From Mobula hypostoma (lineage: Eukaryota), in assembly GCF_963921235.1 (NCBI RefSeq), contig NC_086108.1, positions 10,788,001 through 10,852,000 on the forward strand: DNA of 64,000 nucleotides, read 5' to 3'. The notes under the pieces were generated by a model. That model worked only from the letters and a program-made list of their open reading frames with translations, ran no database searches and had not been told where the DNA came from. The position numbers and the translations under genes are program-made. Position 1 is the stretch's first letter. The number at the start of each line of letters is the position of its first letter. Below are positions 36,640 to 50,174 of this stretch, one piece after another.

Positions 36640-36954
36640 AAGTAAAAGGCATCCGTTAGTCTTGCGAGACCATGGATCTGCGCCTGGAAAGTTTTCACTC
36701 TCCAGGGCGCAGGCCTGGGCAAGGTTGTGTGGAAGACCAGCAGTTGCCCATGCTGCAAGTCTCCCCTCTCCATGACACCGATGTTGTCCAAGGGAAGGGC
36801 ATTAGGACCCATACAGCTTGGCACCGGTGTCGTCGCAGATCAATGTGTGGTAAATGCTTTGCTCAAGGCAACAACACATTGCCTCGGCTGAGGCTCGAAC
36901 TCACGACCTTCAGATCGCTAGTCGAACGCCTTAACCACTTGGCCACGTGCCCAC
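36640..36954 (-). mobile_element. Full-length tRNA-derived SINE with 14-bp TSD
   Basis: A box TGGCCAAGTGG, B box GTTCGAGCC, CCTTGAGCAAAGCATTTACC core-like segment; TSD ACATTCAACCAATA at 36626-36639 and 36955-36968. Confidence 0.9.
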
Positions 36955-37294
36955 ACATTCAACCAATATACTTAGTTAAAAGTGCATGCAGAGCAAACCA
37001 TCCTAATGGTCATGTGCACCCTTTCCTAAAACAAAGGAAAAGAGACAGAACTTCTCACATGTGCTTCCTATATACCCAGGAGGTTTCAAACTGATCACCA
37101 GGCAGCTATCCAATGGGAAAATCACCCACAGATTGTAAGCTAACCAATCACGACAGAAGCAACTTTCGACAATCACATAAGACATGACCCTCTGCATGGC
37201 AACCCTTCCACCCCAGAGAAATTCTTAGCAGAAATATAAACAGGCTGGTGGACAGCCAAGGGTCATGGGCTGGATTAGTGTCAATGACATTCTG

Positions 37295-38410
37295 AATTGG
37301 ATTGAATTGAATGATCTTTATTGTCATTATACTTAGGTACAATGAAACCCTGTTTGGCTTCCTCTCAGGTAACTAAATAAAGCGGTAGATAAAAACGAGA
37401 CAGTAATAGAAAAACAGTATTAAATAGATAAGTAACAGAAAATAAGTTGCAGCACCACAGAATATCACAGTAATGCACAAAGTGCCATTAGTGCAAGTAT
37501 TTGAGTCCTTGTGTATGCATGTGTGTGCTCACAGTTTCAGTCATTGTTCTGTGGGAGTGGTGTAATGGAGGCCACAGCTCTGGGATAAAAGCTATTCCTC
37601 AGTCTATTTGTTCTGGCCTTTAGTGTCCTGAACCTTTTGCTGGACGGCAGCGGGTCAAACAGGGAGTGGCCGGGGTGTGTGGTGTCTCTGGTTATGCTGA
37701 TTGCTTTTCTCCTGAGTCTGCTGGAACAGATGGTGTCTAGTCCTGGGAGCTCCATCCTGACAATTTGCTGGGCCGCCTTCAACACGCGATGCAGGTCTTG
37801 TCGCTCAGCGGCTCTGCAGCTTTTGGTCAGGATGATTTCAGTTGTGCTTCTGTAGAAGTTAAGCAACAGCTTTTGTGGAAGTTTGGCCTGTTTCAGCTTT
37901 TTGAGGAAGAAGAGTCTTTGTTGTGCCTTTTTTGCAAGCATCGAGATGTCGGTGGGCCACGTCAACTGTTTTGACAACGTAACTCCAAGGAACTTTAGGT
38001 TTTCCACACTTTCCACTACCTCTCCACGTATATCGAGGGGGATGTGTACTCTGTCCTTTGATCTACTGAAGTCAGTGATCATCTCTTTTGTTTTAGAAGT
38101 GTTAAGGACCGGGTCGTTGTCCTTACACCACTCCGTCAGATGATCCACCTCAAGCCTGTAGGCTGTTTCATCCTCGTCCGAGATCAGGCCAACCACTGTG
38201 GTATCGTCCGCAAATTTAATTATGGCGTTGGAAGTGTAGATGGGGGTGCAGTCATGTGTGAAGAGTGTGTAGAGCATAGGGCTCAGCACACAGCCCTGCG
38301 GGGTGCCTATTTTTAAGACGAGGGTGGTGGAGGTGTGCTTACCAATTCTGACTTGCTGTGGTCGGTCTGAGAGAAAGTCCATGACCCATGAGCACAGGGA
38401 GGAACCAAGG
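37295..38410 (-). mobile_element. Rex1/Babar-type LINE RT 3' portion
   Basis: GTPQGCVLSPMLYTLFTHDC, IKFADDTT, KKAQQRLFFLKKLK, HPGHSLFDPLPS; (TTCAA)n-like tail. Confidence 0.9.
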
Positions 38411-38928
38411 GAGGTGTTAGATTTAATGGGAAAGGGATAAGATACAGGTGACAAACCTTAAGGAAAGAGAAGAAAGAAGAGCAGGATTGATAGGGTCATA
38501 ATAAATCAATGTATTAAGTACAGAAGATGGGATGCTATATAGAAGTTTTTATTAGACATTGGTGAGGCCTAATTTGGAGTATTGAGTGCAGTTTTTGTTA
38601 CCTACCTGCAGGAAATAAGGTTGAAGTACAGAGAAAATTTACAAGGACTGGGACTGGAGAACCAGAGTTATAAGGAAAGATTGAACAGGTTAGGACTTTA
38701 TTCCTTGGAATGTAAAAGCTTGAGTGGAGATATGCCAGAGGTAAACAGGATTATGAGGGTTAGGGTTAGGATTAGGTCAAGCAGGCTTCTTCCACTGAGG
38801 TTATGTGGGACTACAACTAGATTAAGGATGAAAGGTAAAAGTTTAAGGGGAACATGAGGGGCAACTTCTTCACTCAGAGGGTGCTGAGGGTGTGGAACAA
38901 GCTGCCAACGCATGTGGTGCCTGTGAGC

Positions 38929-40396
38929 TCGGGTGAGGTGCCGGAGGATTGGAGAGTGGCTCATGTTGTTCCGTTGTTTAAAAAAGGATCGAAAAGTAAT
39001 CCGGGAAATTATAGGCCAGTGAGTTTAACGTCGGTAGTAGGTAAGTTATTGGAGGGAGTACTAAGAGACAGAATCTACAAGCATTTGGATAGACTGGGAC
39101 TTATTAGGGAGAGTCAACATGGCTTTGTGCGTGGTAGGTCATGTTTGACCAATCTATTGGAGTTTTTCGAGGAGGTTATCAGGAAAGTGGATGAAGGGAA
39201 GGCAGTGGATATTGTCTACATGGATTTCAGTAAGGCCTTTGACAAGGTCCCGCATGGGAGGTTAGGAAAATTCAGTCGCTAGGTATACATGGAGAGGTGG
39301 TAAATTGGATTAGACATTGGCTCAATGGTAGAAGCCAAAGAGTGGTGGTAGAGAATTGCTTCTCTGAGAGGAGGCCTGTGACTAGTGGTGTGCCACAGGG
39401 ATCAGTGCTGGGTCCATTGTTATTTGTCATCTATATCAATGACCTGGATGATAATGTGGTAAATTGGATCAGCAAATTTGCTGATGATACAAAGATTGGA
39501 GGTGTAGTAGACAGTGAGGAAGGTTTTCAGAGCCTGCAGAGGGACTTGGACCAGCTGGAAAAATGGGCTGAAAAATGGCAGATGGAGTTTAATACAGACA
39601 AGTGTGAGGTATTGCACGTTGGAAGGACAAACCAAGGTAGAACATACAGGGTTAATGGTAAGGCACTGAGGAGTGCAGTAGAACAGAGGGATCTGGGAAT
39701 ACAGTTACAAGATTCCTAAAAGTGACGTCACAGGTAGATAGGGTCATAAAGAGAGCTTTTGGTACATTGGCCTTTATTACTCAAAGTATTGAGTATAAGA
39801 GCTGGAATGTTATGATGAGGTTGTATAAGGCATTGGTGAGGCCGAATCTGGAGTATTGTGTTCAGTTTTGGTCACCAAGTTATAGGAAGGATATAAATAA
39901 GATTGAAAGAGTGCAGAGAAGGTTTACAAGGATGTTGCCGGGACTTGAGAAACTCAGTTACAGAGAAAGGTTGAATAGGTTAGGACTTTATTCCCCGGAG
40001 CGCAGAAGAATGAGGGGAGATTTGATAGAGGTATATAAAATTATGATGGGTATAGATAGAGTGAATGTAAGCAGGCTTTTTCCACTGAGGCAAGGGGAGA
40101 AAAAAACCAGAGGACATGGGTTTAGGGTGAGGGGGGAAAAGTTTGAAGGGAACATTGGGGGGGCTTCTTCACACAGAGAGTGGTGGGAGTGTGGAATGAG
40201 CTGCCAGACGAGGTGGTAAATGCAGGTTCTTTTTTAACATTTAAGAATAAATTGGACAGATACATGGATGGGAGGTGTATGGAGGGATATGGTCCGTGTG
40301 CAGGTCAGTGGGACTAGGCAGTAAATGGTTCGGCACAGCCAAGAAGGGCCAAAAGGCCTGTTTCTGTGCTGTAGTTTCTATGGTTACTATGGTTTC
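38929..40396 (+). mobile_element. Young 5'-truncated CR1 LINE nested in an older CR1 tail (~38500-38928 and ~40397-40555)
   Basis: PGNYRPVSLTS, QHGFVRGRSCLTNL, DFSKAFDKV, GVPQGSVLGP, SKFADDTK; about 3 frameshifts; (CTATGGTT)n tail. Confidence 0.93.
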
Positions 40397-41134
40397 AATG
40401 TTTAAGAGAAATTTGGATAGGCACATGGATGGTAGGAGCATGGAGGGCTGTGGTTCCAGTGCAAGCTGATGTGGTGGACAGTTTAAATGGTTCGGCATAG
40501 ACTACTTGGGCCAATGTGCCTACTCCTGTGCTGTACATTTTTATGACTCTATGTAAGAAAAATGGAGGACTATGTAGAAGGGAGGTGTTAGATTGAGCCT
40601 GGAGTAGGTTAAAATGTTGGCGCAACATTGTAGCCCGAAGACCCTGTACTGAGCAGTAGGTTTCAATCTTCTCTGTGCTGAGAGGAAAGATTGACTATTT
40701 GCCCCGTGTACGTTGAATATTCTGAACCTACAGTGAAATACGTTGTTTGCATCAATGACTAACACAGTCTAAGATGTGCCTGGAACAAATTGCAAATGTT
40801 GGCATACTTCCTGTGTGAAGAAAACATGCTGCAACTTACCAAACCTGAGGCTGCTTGGAAGATGTGGGAAGACATTGGAGTATTGAGATGAAACCCATGT
40901 GGTTACGAGAAGAATGTACAAATGTCAGGAGTTGCAAAAGGGATTTTGAGAAGGGAGTTCCAATACAGGCAATCTATGCCTGTTGCCCGTTTATTTATTT
41001 AGAGACACAACATGGATTAGGCTCATTCGGATCTTCGAGCCATGTCACCCAGCAACTGATCGATTTAAAACCAGCCGAACCATGGGTCACTTTACAATGA
41101 CCAGTGAACTTAGTAACTGGTACATCTTTGCAAA

Positions 41135-43310
41135 GTCTCATTACCAATTGATGTAGAGAGTACAGAGTGTCATTCCCCATTGGTGTAGAGAGATGCAATA
41201 TATTATTACCCATTGACACAGAGAGATACAGTATCATTCCCCATTGATTCAGAAAGATGCAGAGTATCATTACCCATTGGTGTAGACAGATGCAAAATGT
41301 CGTTACTCATTGATACAGGGAAATGCGGAGTATCGATATTCATTGATACAGAGAGATGCAGAGTGTAATTCCCCATTGATGCAGAGAGATGCAGACAGTC
41401 GTTACCTATTGATGTAGAGAGATATTCGGTGTCGTTATCCATTGATAGAGATGCAGACAGTCGTTACCTATTGATGTAGAGAGATGCAGAGTGTCATTAC
41501 CGATTCATGTAGAGAGATGCAGAGTTTCATTCCCCATTGATTCAGAGAGATGCAGTGTCATTTCTCATTGATGTAGAAAGATGCAGAGAGTAGTTACCCA
41601 TTGATACTGAGAGATGCAGTGTCATTTTCCATTGATATAGAAAGATGCTCAGTGTCGTTGCCCATTGATGCAGACAGTCGTTCCCTATTGATGCAGAGAG
41701 ATGCAGAGTGTCGTTACCCATTGATACTGAGAGATGCAGAGAGTAGTTACCCATTGATACTGAGAGATGCAGAGTGTCATTTCCCATTGATATAGAAAGA
41801 TGCTCAGTGTCGTTGCCCATTGATGCAGACAGTCGTTCCCTATTGATACTGAGAGATGCAGAGTGTCATTTCCCATTGATATAGAAAGATGCTCAGTGTC
41901 GTTACCGATTGATGCAGACAGTCGTTACCCATTGATACAGAGAGTTGCAGAGTGCCGTTACCCATTGATGTAGAGAGATGCAGTGTGTCATTCTCCATTG
42001 ATACAGAGAGTTGCAGAGTGCCGTTACCCATTGATGTAGAGAGATGCAGTGTGTCATTCTCCATTGATACAGAGAGTTGCAGAGTGCCGTTACCCATTGA
42101 TGTAGAGAGATGCAGTGTGTCATTCTCCATTGATACAGAGAGTTGCAGAGTGCCGTTACCCATTGATACTGAGAGATGCAGAGAGTAGTTACCCATTGAT
42201 ACTGAGAGATGCAGAGTGTCATTTCCCATTGATATAGAAAGATGCTCAGTGTCGTTGCCCATTGATGCAGACAGTCGTTCCCTATTGATACTGAGAGATG
42301 CAGAGTGTCATTTCCCATTGATATAGAAAGATGCTCAGTGTCGTTACCGATTGATGCAGACAGTCGTTACCCATTGATACAGAGAGTTGCAGAGTGCCGT
42401 TACCCATTGATGTAGAGAGATGCAGTGTGTCATTCTCCATTGATACAGAGAGTTGCAGAGTGCCGTTACCCATTGATGTAGAGAGATGCAGTGTGTCATT
42501 CTCCATTGATACAGAGAGTTGCAGAGTGCCGTTACCCATTGATGTAGAGAGATGCAGTGTGTCATTCTCCATTGATACAGAGAGTTGCAGAGTGCCGTTA
42601 CCCATTGATGTAGAGAGATGCAGTGTGTCATTCTCCATTGATACAGAGAGTTGCAGAGTGCCGTTACCCATTGATACTGAGAGATGCAGAGAGTAGTTAC
42701 CCATTGATACTGAGAGATGCAGAGTGTCATTTCCCATTGATATAGAAAGATGCTCAGTGTCGTTGCCCATTGATGCAGACAGTCGTTCCCTATTGATACT
42801 GAGAGATGCAGAGTGTCATTTCCCATTGATATAGAAAGATGCTCAGTGTCGTTGCCCATTGATGCAGACAGTCGTTCCCTATTGATACTGAGAGATGCAG
42901 AGTGTCATTTCCCATTGATATAGAAAGATGCTCAGTGTCGTTACCGATTGATGCAGACAGTCGTTACCCATTGATACAGAGAGTTGCAGAGTGCCGTTAC
43001 CCATTGATGTAGAGAGATGCAGTGTGTCATTCTCCATTGATACAGAGAGTTGCAGAGTGCCGTTACCCATTGATGTAGAGAGATGCAGTGTGTCATTCTC
43101 CATTGATACAGAGAGTTGCAGAGTGCCGTTACCCATTGATGTAGAGAGATGCAGTGTGTCATTCTCCATTGATACAGAGAGTTGCAGAGTGCCGTTACCC
43201 ATTGATGTAGAGAGATGCAGTGTGTCATTCTCCATTGATTTAGTGAGGTGCAGAGTACTGTTACACATTGAGGCAGAGAAATGCAGATTTCATTACCAGT
43301 TGATGCAGAG
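41135..43310. repeat. 33-bp minisatellite with 66-bp dimers and higher-order blocks
   Basis: Unit ~CCATTGAT(G/A)(T/C)AGAGAGATGCAGAGTGTCGTTAC; near-identical in the centre and diverged at both edges. Confidence 0.97.
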
Positions 43311-43479
43311 AGTGGTAAGTGATGCAAGTATGTGGCAGCTGGAGAAATGATGTGGGACAGGGAGCTTTGGACTCCAGGGGGATGGGAAAGATCTGGTGAC
43401 GTTGGGCAGAAGAGAGAAGAAAGTGGATTCAGAGGCAGAAGATAGGTCCTCCATTGGTAGGGGTTTGCTATGGATATTA

Positions 43480-43840
43480 CATAGAAACATAGAAACATAA
43501 AAGCCTACAGCACAATACAGGCCCCTGGGCCCACAAAGTTGTGCTGAACATGTCCCTACCTTAGAAATTACTAGGCTTATCCATAGCCCTCTATTTTTCT
43601 AAGCTCCATGTACCTATCCAGGATTCTCTTAAAAGACCCTATCGTATCCGCCTCCACCACCGTTGCCGGCAGCCCATTCCATGCACTCACCACTCTCTGA
43701 GTAAAAAACTTACCCCTGACATCTCCTCTGTACCTACTCCCCAGCACCTTAAACCTGTGTCCTCTTGTGGCAACCATTTTAGCCCTGGGAAAAAGCTTCT
43801 GACTATCCACACGATCAAAGCCTCTCACCATCTTATATTG
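43480..43840 (-). mobile_element. CR1 3' end
   Basis: TRGHRFKV...FFTQRVVSAWNGLP; (TTTCTATG)n tail. Confidence 0.85.
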
Positions 43841-45119
43841 TATCCTAGCTGTCATTTGCAAGCCAGTACACCATCCAGGACAGTCCTCGCCCATGCAGCA
43901 GGCTCCATCTCCCTACACAGCTGATGAATGAACAGATGAATGATGTAATGATGTAATGTTGTGGTTTTATGAAGCACTGGTGAAGCCTCGCTTGGAGTAT
44001 TGTGAGCATTTTTGTGCCCCTTATCTAAGAAAGGATACGCTGACATGGCAGAGGGTTCAAAGGAGGTTCACGAAAATGACTCTGGGAACGTTTGATGGCT
44101 CTGGACCAGTACTCACTAGAATTCAGAAGAATGAGGGGTGACCTCATTGAAGCCTATTGAATGTTGAAAGGCCTCAGTAGAGTGGATGTGGAGAAGATAT
44201 TTCCTATAGAGGGAGAGTCTAAGACCAGAGGACGCAGCTTCAGAATAGGGGGATGAGGAGGACTTTCTGTAGCCAGGGCGTGGTGAATCCGTGGAATTTG
44301 TTGTCATAGGGTGCTGTGGACACTAAGTCATTGGGCATATTTAAGGCAGAAGTTGATCGATTCTTGATTAGTGGGGGCATGAAGCGATGTGGTGAGAGGG
44401 CAGGAGATTGGGGCTGAGATGGAAAATGGATCAGCCCTGATGAAATGGCAGAAGAATGGACTGGTTCTGCTCCTGCTCCTATATTTTATGGTTTTATGAA
44501 TTAAATTGAACAGTAAAACCTGCTGCAGTTTGGCACCAATGTCAGTCAATGTTGAATTTAACGCGGGACTACCTTCAGGATTCCAGCTCTGGAATTTCCC
44601 TCAGGATTTACTCCCGAAGCCTTCCCCATGAGTGGGGAGCAGAGGTTTCAGATCAGTTTCCGTCTCCTAGGTGAGCTGCCAACATGGCTGACGAGTCTCT
44701 ATCTACACAAGAAGAGAGAAGAACAGAATTAGAAATGTAGAACATTAGTAAGAGAGAATGAAAGGCAAATAAGTACTGGAATCTGGCTGTGCTTCATGGG
44801 ATATGGCTAAATGCAGGGAGATCAGTGAACAAGACTGATGAACTGGGCTGCAAGTGGCCATGATATCAGGAATGTTCCTGAAGAATACATAAAACCCATC
44901 ACCTCTTATCTCTTCAAATCAACCCCTTCCATCTCTCTCCTTCACACACCTACCTTTCCCCTCTCACCTCCTCCTCCACCCCCACCCTTTTATCCTGGCT
45001 TCCTTTCCAGTCTTGATGAAGGGTCCAGGTCCAAAACGTTGTCTGCTTATGCCATTCCATAGATGCTGCCTGACCTGCTGAGTTCCTCCACTATTTTGTG
45101 TGTGTTGCTCTGGAACCAA

Positions 45120-45715
45120 GTCTGGAGGCAGAGCGAAGTAATGATGATGCTAAACGGCGACTCCTTTACTTGCATGTTCGGAAACAGCTCTATTTCTATC
45201 TTTAATATCTTTATTTTTCCCTTTCAGGGTTCTTGTGAAGACCCTGACCTGCAGTTACACACTGACCGGTTCTTTGTGAGAATGGGACCCGTTCTCGGGG
45301 TTTCATAACTGGCTGTTGTTCGGCATGCCAAGGACTCGGCCTAAGAGTCCAGCTTGGTTTTGGAAGCCTAGGGTCTCGGGGCTCTGGAGATGGGCGGATT
45401 GAGGTGTCATGGCTGGAGACTCGTGTGTCATCGGGGGAGCCAAAGTGTCTACAGCTGTGTGCCCAAAGACCTGAGATCTTTGAGATCTTTGGGCACACAG
45501 CTCAGAAAAAGCAACGTAACATACTTTTAACATCGTAAACCAGCAAGTTGTTCATTACGTCTCCTCGTTCGCTGGGAAAACGGAAACACCTTCTTCTCCC
45601 TTATTAGGGGGAGAGAGAGAGCCTGTGGTCTGCCACATACCGGGTGAAACACCAAGTCCAGAACGTATATTGTATACATTTCTCTAGCATTAAATTGGAC
45701 CTTTTGAAACTTTGA
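45120..45715 (+). mobile_element. ORF-less retroposon family with Rex1-type tail; related copy at 62830-63605 (-)
   Basis: TTTCTATCTTTAATATCT(T/C)TATTTTTCCCTTTCAGGGTTCTT is shared between the copies; tail ATTAAAT...CCTTTGAAAC. Confidence 0.75.
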
Positions 45716-46231
45716 ATTCCGGAATCCGCTGTGTTCAGGACTGTTCCTGAAAGGTGTCTCAGATGGGAATGGGAAAGGCAGTGTTAAAACTCCCTCTAAA
45801 CCCCTCAGCTGAGAAGGAGAGGGGTGTGATGGGGTAAAAGAGTAGGAGGGTGGGATGGGGAAGGTAGTAGTTGGTCTACATCCTGCTGTAACCTTGGAAA
45901 ACCTACTTCAATGTCCATTACACCACCAATACTGCACCTCAAGTTCAAACTCAGATTTAATTGTCATTCATCTGTAAACATGTATAACTAAACAAAAAAA
46001 AAGTTCCTCTGGGACCAAGGTGAAAAATACAGTACATATATCACGTGCAACAGACACAAAATGCTTTAGGAACTCAGCAGGTGAGGCAACATCGCTGGAA
46101 GCAAATAGACAGTCCATGTTTCAGTCTGAAACTTCTCTTCAGGACTGGAGAGGAAAGAGGGAATGACAGAATAAAAAGATGGAGGGCACTTACACATACA
46201 GAACACAAAATAATATTAACATAATAATATT

Positions 46232-46702
46232 ATGTTTGCTGTTGTGTGCTGGGGCAGTAGGCTGAGGGTAGCAGACACCAATAGAATCAACAAACTCATC
46301 TGTAAGGCCAGTGATGTTGTGGGGATGGAACTGGACTCTCTGACGGTGGTGTCTGAAAAGAGGATGCTGTCCAAGTTGCATGCCATCTTGGACAATGTCT
46401 CCCATCCACTACGTAATGTACTGGGTGGGCACAGGAGTACATTCAGCCAGAGACTCATTCCACCGAGATGCAGCACAGAGAGTCATAGGAAGTCATTCCT
46501 GCCTGTGGCCATCAAACTTTACAACTCCTCCCTTGGAGGGTCAGACACCCTGAGCCAATAGGCTGGTCCTGGACTTATTTCCTGGCATAATTTACATAAT
46601 ACTATTTAATTATTTATGGTTTTATTACTATTTAATTATTTATGGTGCAACTGTAACAAAAACCAATTTCCCCTGGGGTCAATAAAGTATGACTATGACT
46701 AT
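46232..46702 (+). mobile_element. Rex1/L2-like LINE 3' end
   Basis: FAVVCWG...ILDNVSHPL...RKSFLPVAIKLYN; AATAAAGTATGACTATGACT tail. Confidence 0.8.
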
Positions 46703-49700
46703 TAACAGATAACAATAGAAAATAATGTTCTTTAGACATAAATTGCATGTACGAAAGCTGACAGGACACTTCTCATGAGGAGTGAAACTTCAGGAGGCAG
46801 AAAGTGTTGGTGGTCTTGGCAGATTGGTGACAGAGCGGTGATAGAATTTTAATGCTGCATGATGTGAGTTGAGGCCTTTGGGGAGGACATTCTGCTCCAT
46901 GAGTGGCAAATGAATTAGGTCCAGGAGAAGGTTACCTAGTCCTTTGACCCTGCTCTGCCATTCAATAGTACCATGGCCTAAACCATTAGACATAGGAGCA
47001 GAATTCGGCCATTTAGCCCATTGTGTCTGCTCCTTCATTCCATCATGGCTGATTTAATATCCATCTCAAACCCCATTCTCCAGCCTTCTCCCTGTAACCT
47101 TTGACACCATGAATAATTAGATTAAATTAGATTAGATTCAACTTTATTGTCATTGTGCTGAGTACAGATACAAAGCCAATGAAATGCAGTTAGCATCTGA
47201 CCAGAAATGCAAAGAATAGTGTTATTTACAAAATAACTGCGAATAAAAAGTGCTACAGCACACAAATATAAAAGTACTGAGACAGTACAATACGGGTGCA
47301 ATACTGCTTAGCACTGTGATGTGAGGTTCAGCAGGGTCACAGCCTCAGGGAAGAAGCTCTTCCTGTGCCTGCTGGTGCGGGAGCGGAGGCTCCTGTAGCG
47401 CCTACCGAATGGGAGGAGAGTAAAAAGTCCATGGTTAGGGTGAGATGCATCGTTGATAATGCTTTTCACCCTGCCCAGGCAGCGTTTATGGTAGATGTTC
47501 TCAATGGTGGGCAATTGGGTGCCGATAATCCACTGGGCAGTTTTCACCACACGCTGGAGTGCTTTGCGGTCCAATACGGGACAACTGCCCTACCACACTG
47601 AGATGCAGTTGGTGAGTATGCTCTCAATGGTACAGCGGTATCCTGGGACAGAGGTGAGCTTTCTTGATGCTCCGCAGGAAATAAAGACGCTGTTGTGCCT
47701 TTTTGATCAGGATGGAGGAGTTCAGAGACCAGGTGAGATCCTCGGAAATGTGGACACCAAAGAATTTGAAGCTTGTTACACACTTCACTACAGCTCCGTT
47801 GATGTAGATGGGTACGTGAGTGTGGCTCCTGGCATGCCTGGACCTATCAGCCTCTGCCTTAAATATACCCAATGACTTGCCCTCCACGGCACCTGTGGCG
47901 ATGAATTCCACAGATTCACCATCCTCTGGATAAAGAAATTCATCCTAATATCTGTTCTAAGGGCATGTCCTTCTATTCCGAGGGTGTGCCCTCTGGTCCT
48001 AGATTATCCCACAAATGGAAACATAAAATCCAAATCCACTCTGTCTGTCAGTGTTTGATAGGTTTTATTTAAAGCCCCACTCATTATTCCATAGTCCAGT
48101 GAATACGAGCCCAGAGGTATCAAATGTTCACACAGTCCCCTGAGTCTGTTCCACCATGCAAGAGGACGATGGCTTACCCAACCCCCAGATCCTGAATCCA
48201 CCTGAAGTGTCTTGGCCTGATACGTCGACTTATTCTTTTCCATAGATTCTGCCTGGCCTGCTGAGTTTCTTCAGCCTTTTGTACGTGTTTCACCAGAGCC
48301 TGTTCTGCTATTCAATAGGACATGGCTCACCCAATGCCCTGAACCTGCTCATAATGTTGTGCTGATCTATTTAAACACCTTACCAAACTCATCTTTCTTA
48401 TGCAATGTGCATATCCCTCCATTCCCTGCATATCCAAGTGTTTATCAAGAGTTTCTTCAACATCTCTATTAGATTTGTGTCCGCAGCCACACCTGGCCGT
48501 ACTTTCCAGACACCCACCACTTTGTGTAAATTATTCCCTTTGAGCTTCCCTCTCTAACCTTAAACGTACGTACTCCGCATGCTGTTAGACATTTTGGCCC
48601 TGGGAAAAGATAGAGGTGGCTGCAGATGTAAAGTGCTTGGGTTTGGTCAGAGAAAGCAGGGAAACCCACCTCTCCCTTGTGAAAGCACATGCCACCAGAC
48701 TGGAGGGCAGCTTCTACCGCATTGAATGGTTCTGTAGAAGGATAAGCTGGACTCTTGACCTTACAATGTGCCCCGTTGTAGCTGTGCACCTTACAGCATG
48801 TCTATCTGCACTGCACTTCTTCTGATGCTGTTACACTTTACTCTACATTCTGTTATTGTTTTACCTTGTTCTACCTCAATGCATTGTGTAATGATCTGAT
48901 CTGTGTGAACAATGTGCTGACAAGCTTTTCACTGTACTGTACCTCAGTAATCATTCACGAAAATGATTCCAGAATTGAAAGGTTTATCATATGATCAGCA
49001 TTTGATGGCTCTGGGTCTCTGCTCACTGGAGTTCTGAAAAATTGAGGAGGAATCTCATTGAAATTTCTAAAATGTTGAAAACTCGACAGAGTGGATGTGG
49101 AGAGGACGTTTCCCATGGTGGGGGCAGTCTAAGCCCAGAGGTCACAGCCTCAGAACAGAGGGGCGTCCATTTAGAAAAGAAATGGATTTTCTTCAGCCAG
49201 AGCATAGAGAATCTGTGGAATTCATTGCCACAGTCATATATAGAGGCCAAGTGATTGGATATGTTTGAGGCAGAGGTTAATAGATTCTTGATTAGTCGGG
49301 GCATGAATGACTGCAGGGAGAAGGCAGGAGATTGGGGCTGAGAGGGAAATGGATCAATCAGTCATGATGAAATGGAAGCAGATACTTGATGGGCCAAATG
49401 GACTACTTCTGCTCCTATATCTTATGTTGTCTTATATTGTCTACATGTGACAATATAAACCAACACCAATACCAATCTGTCAGGATAGACACCACCGTTA
49501 CAGGATAGGAACAAGTAGGATTTAAGATTTTTGTGGAACACCTTTATGGGGTAAGCAGAGATGTTTCCTAGAAGGAAGTCCTGAGTTCATGAATTCTGGG
49601 AATGTGTTCCACTGCTGAAAAGCTTGTCAGGAAGGTGAGTACTGAGCTTTTCCATTGACTGATTCCAAGGGGCATCATTTAGGTGATTGGAATTAAGGAA

Positions 49701-49799
49701 GAAGGTACAGAAGCCTCAGGACTTACACCACCAGGTTCAGGAACAGTTATTACCCCTCAGCCATCAGGCTTTTGTACCAAAGCGGATAACTTCATTCAA

Positions 49800-50174
49800 A
49801 CATGAGGAATTCTGCAGATGCTAGAATTTCAAGCAATACACATAAAAGTTGCTGGTGAACGCAGCAGGCCAGGCAGCATCTCTAGGAAGAGGTACAGTCG
49901 ATGTTTCAGGCCGAGACCCTTCGTCAGGACTAACTGAAAGAAGAGTGAGTAAGGGATTTGAAAGTGGGAGGGCCGGACTGGAACCAATGTCCTAGGGGGA
50001 GCGTTTGCTACTGTTGTTCAGGAGGATTTAAACTAAAAAGCTCCCACTTTCAAATCTCTTACTAGCTCTTCTTTCAGTTAGGCCTGACAAAGGGTCTCGG
50101 CCTGAAACGTTGACTGTACCTCTTCCTAGAGATGCTGCCTGGCCTGCTGCGTTCACCAGCAACTTTGATGTGTG
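49800..50174. mobile_element. Head-to-head Penelope pLTR pair with 68-bp foreign spacer and 13-bp TSD
   Basis: 49800-49972 is the reverse complement of the PLE 3' end and 50041-50174 is the forward copy; TAACTTCATTCAA at 49787-49799 and 50175-50187; the host is a Rex1-type tail (~49695-50430). Confidence 0.9.

Noticed and set aside
36880..36954. tRNA gene (also at 52754-52825)
   Set aside because: tRNA-like heads of SINEs: no complete cloverleaf, and each is followed by a SINE body and tail.
41135..43310. CRISPR-like or repeat-protein interpretation of regular arrays (also 53.7 kb and 57.4 kb)
   Set aside because: Units are contiguous with no unique spacers, there are no cas genes, the context is eukaryotic, and frames are broken by short units.
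49572..49634. Plus-strand exon-like segment ending AAG|gtgagt
   Set aside because: Stop codons in all three frames.
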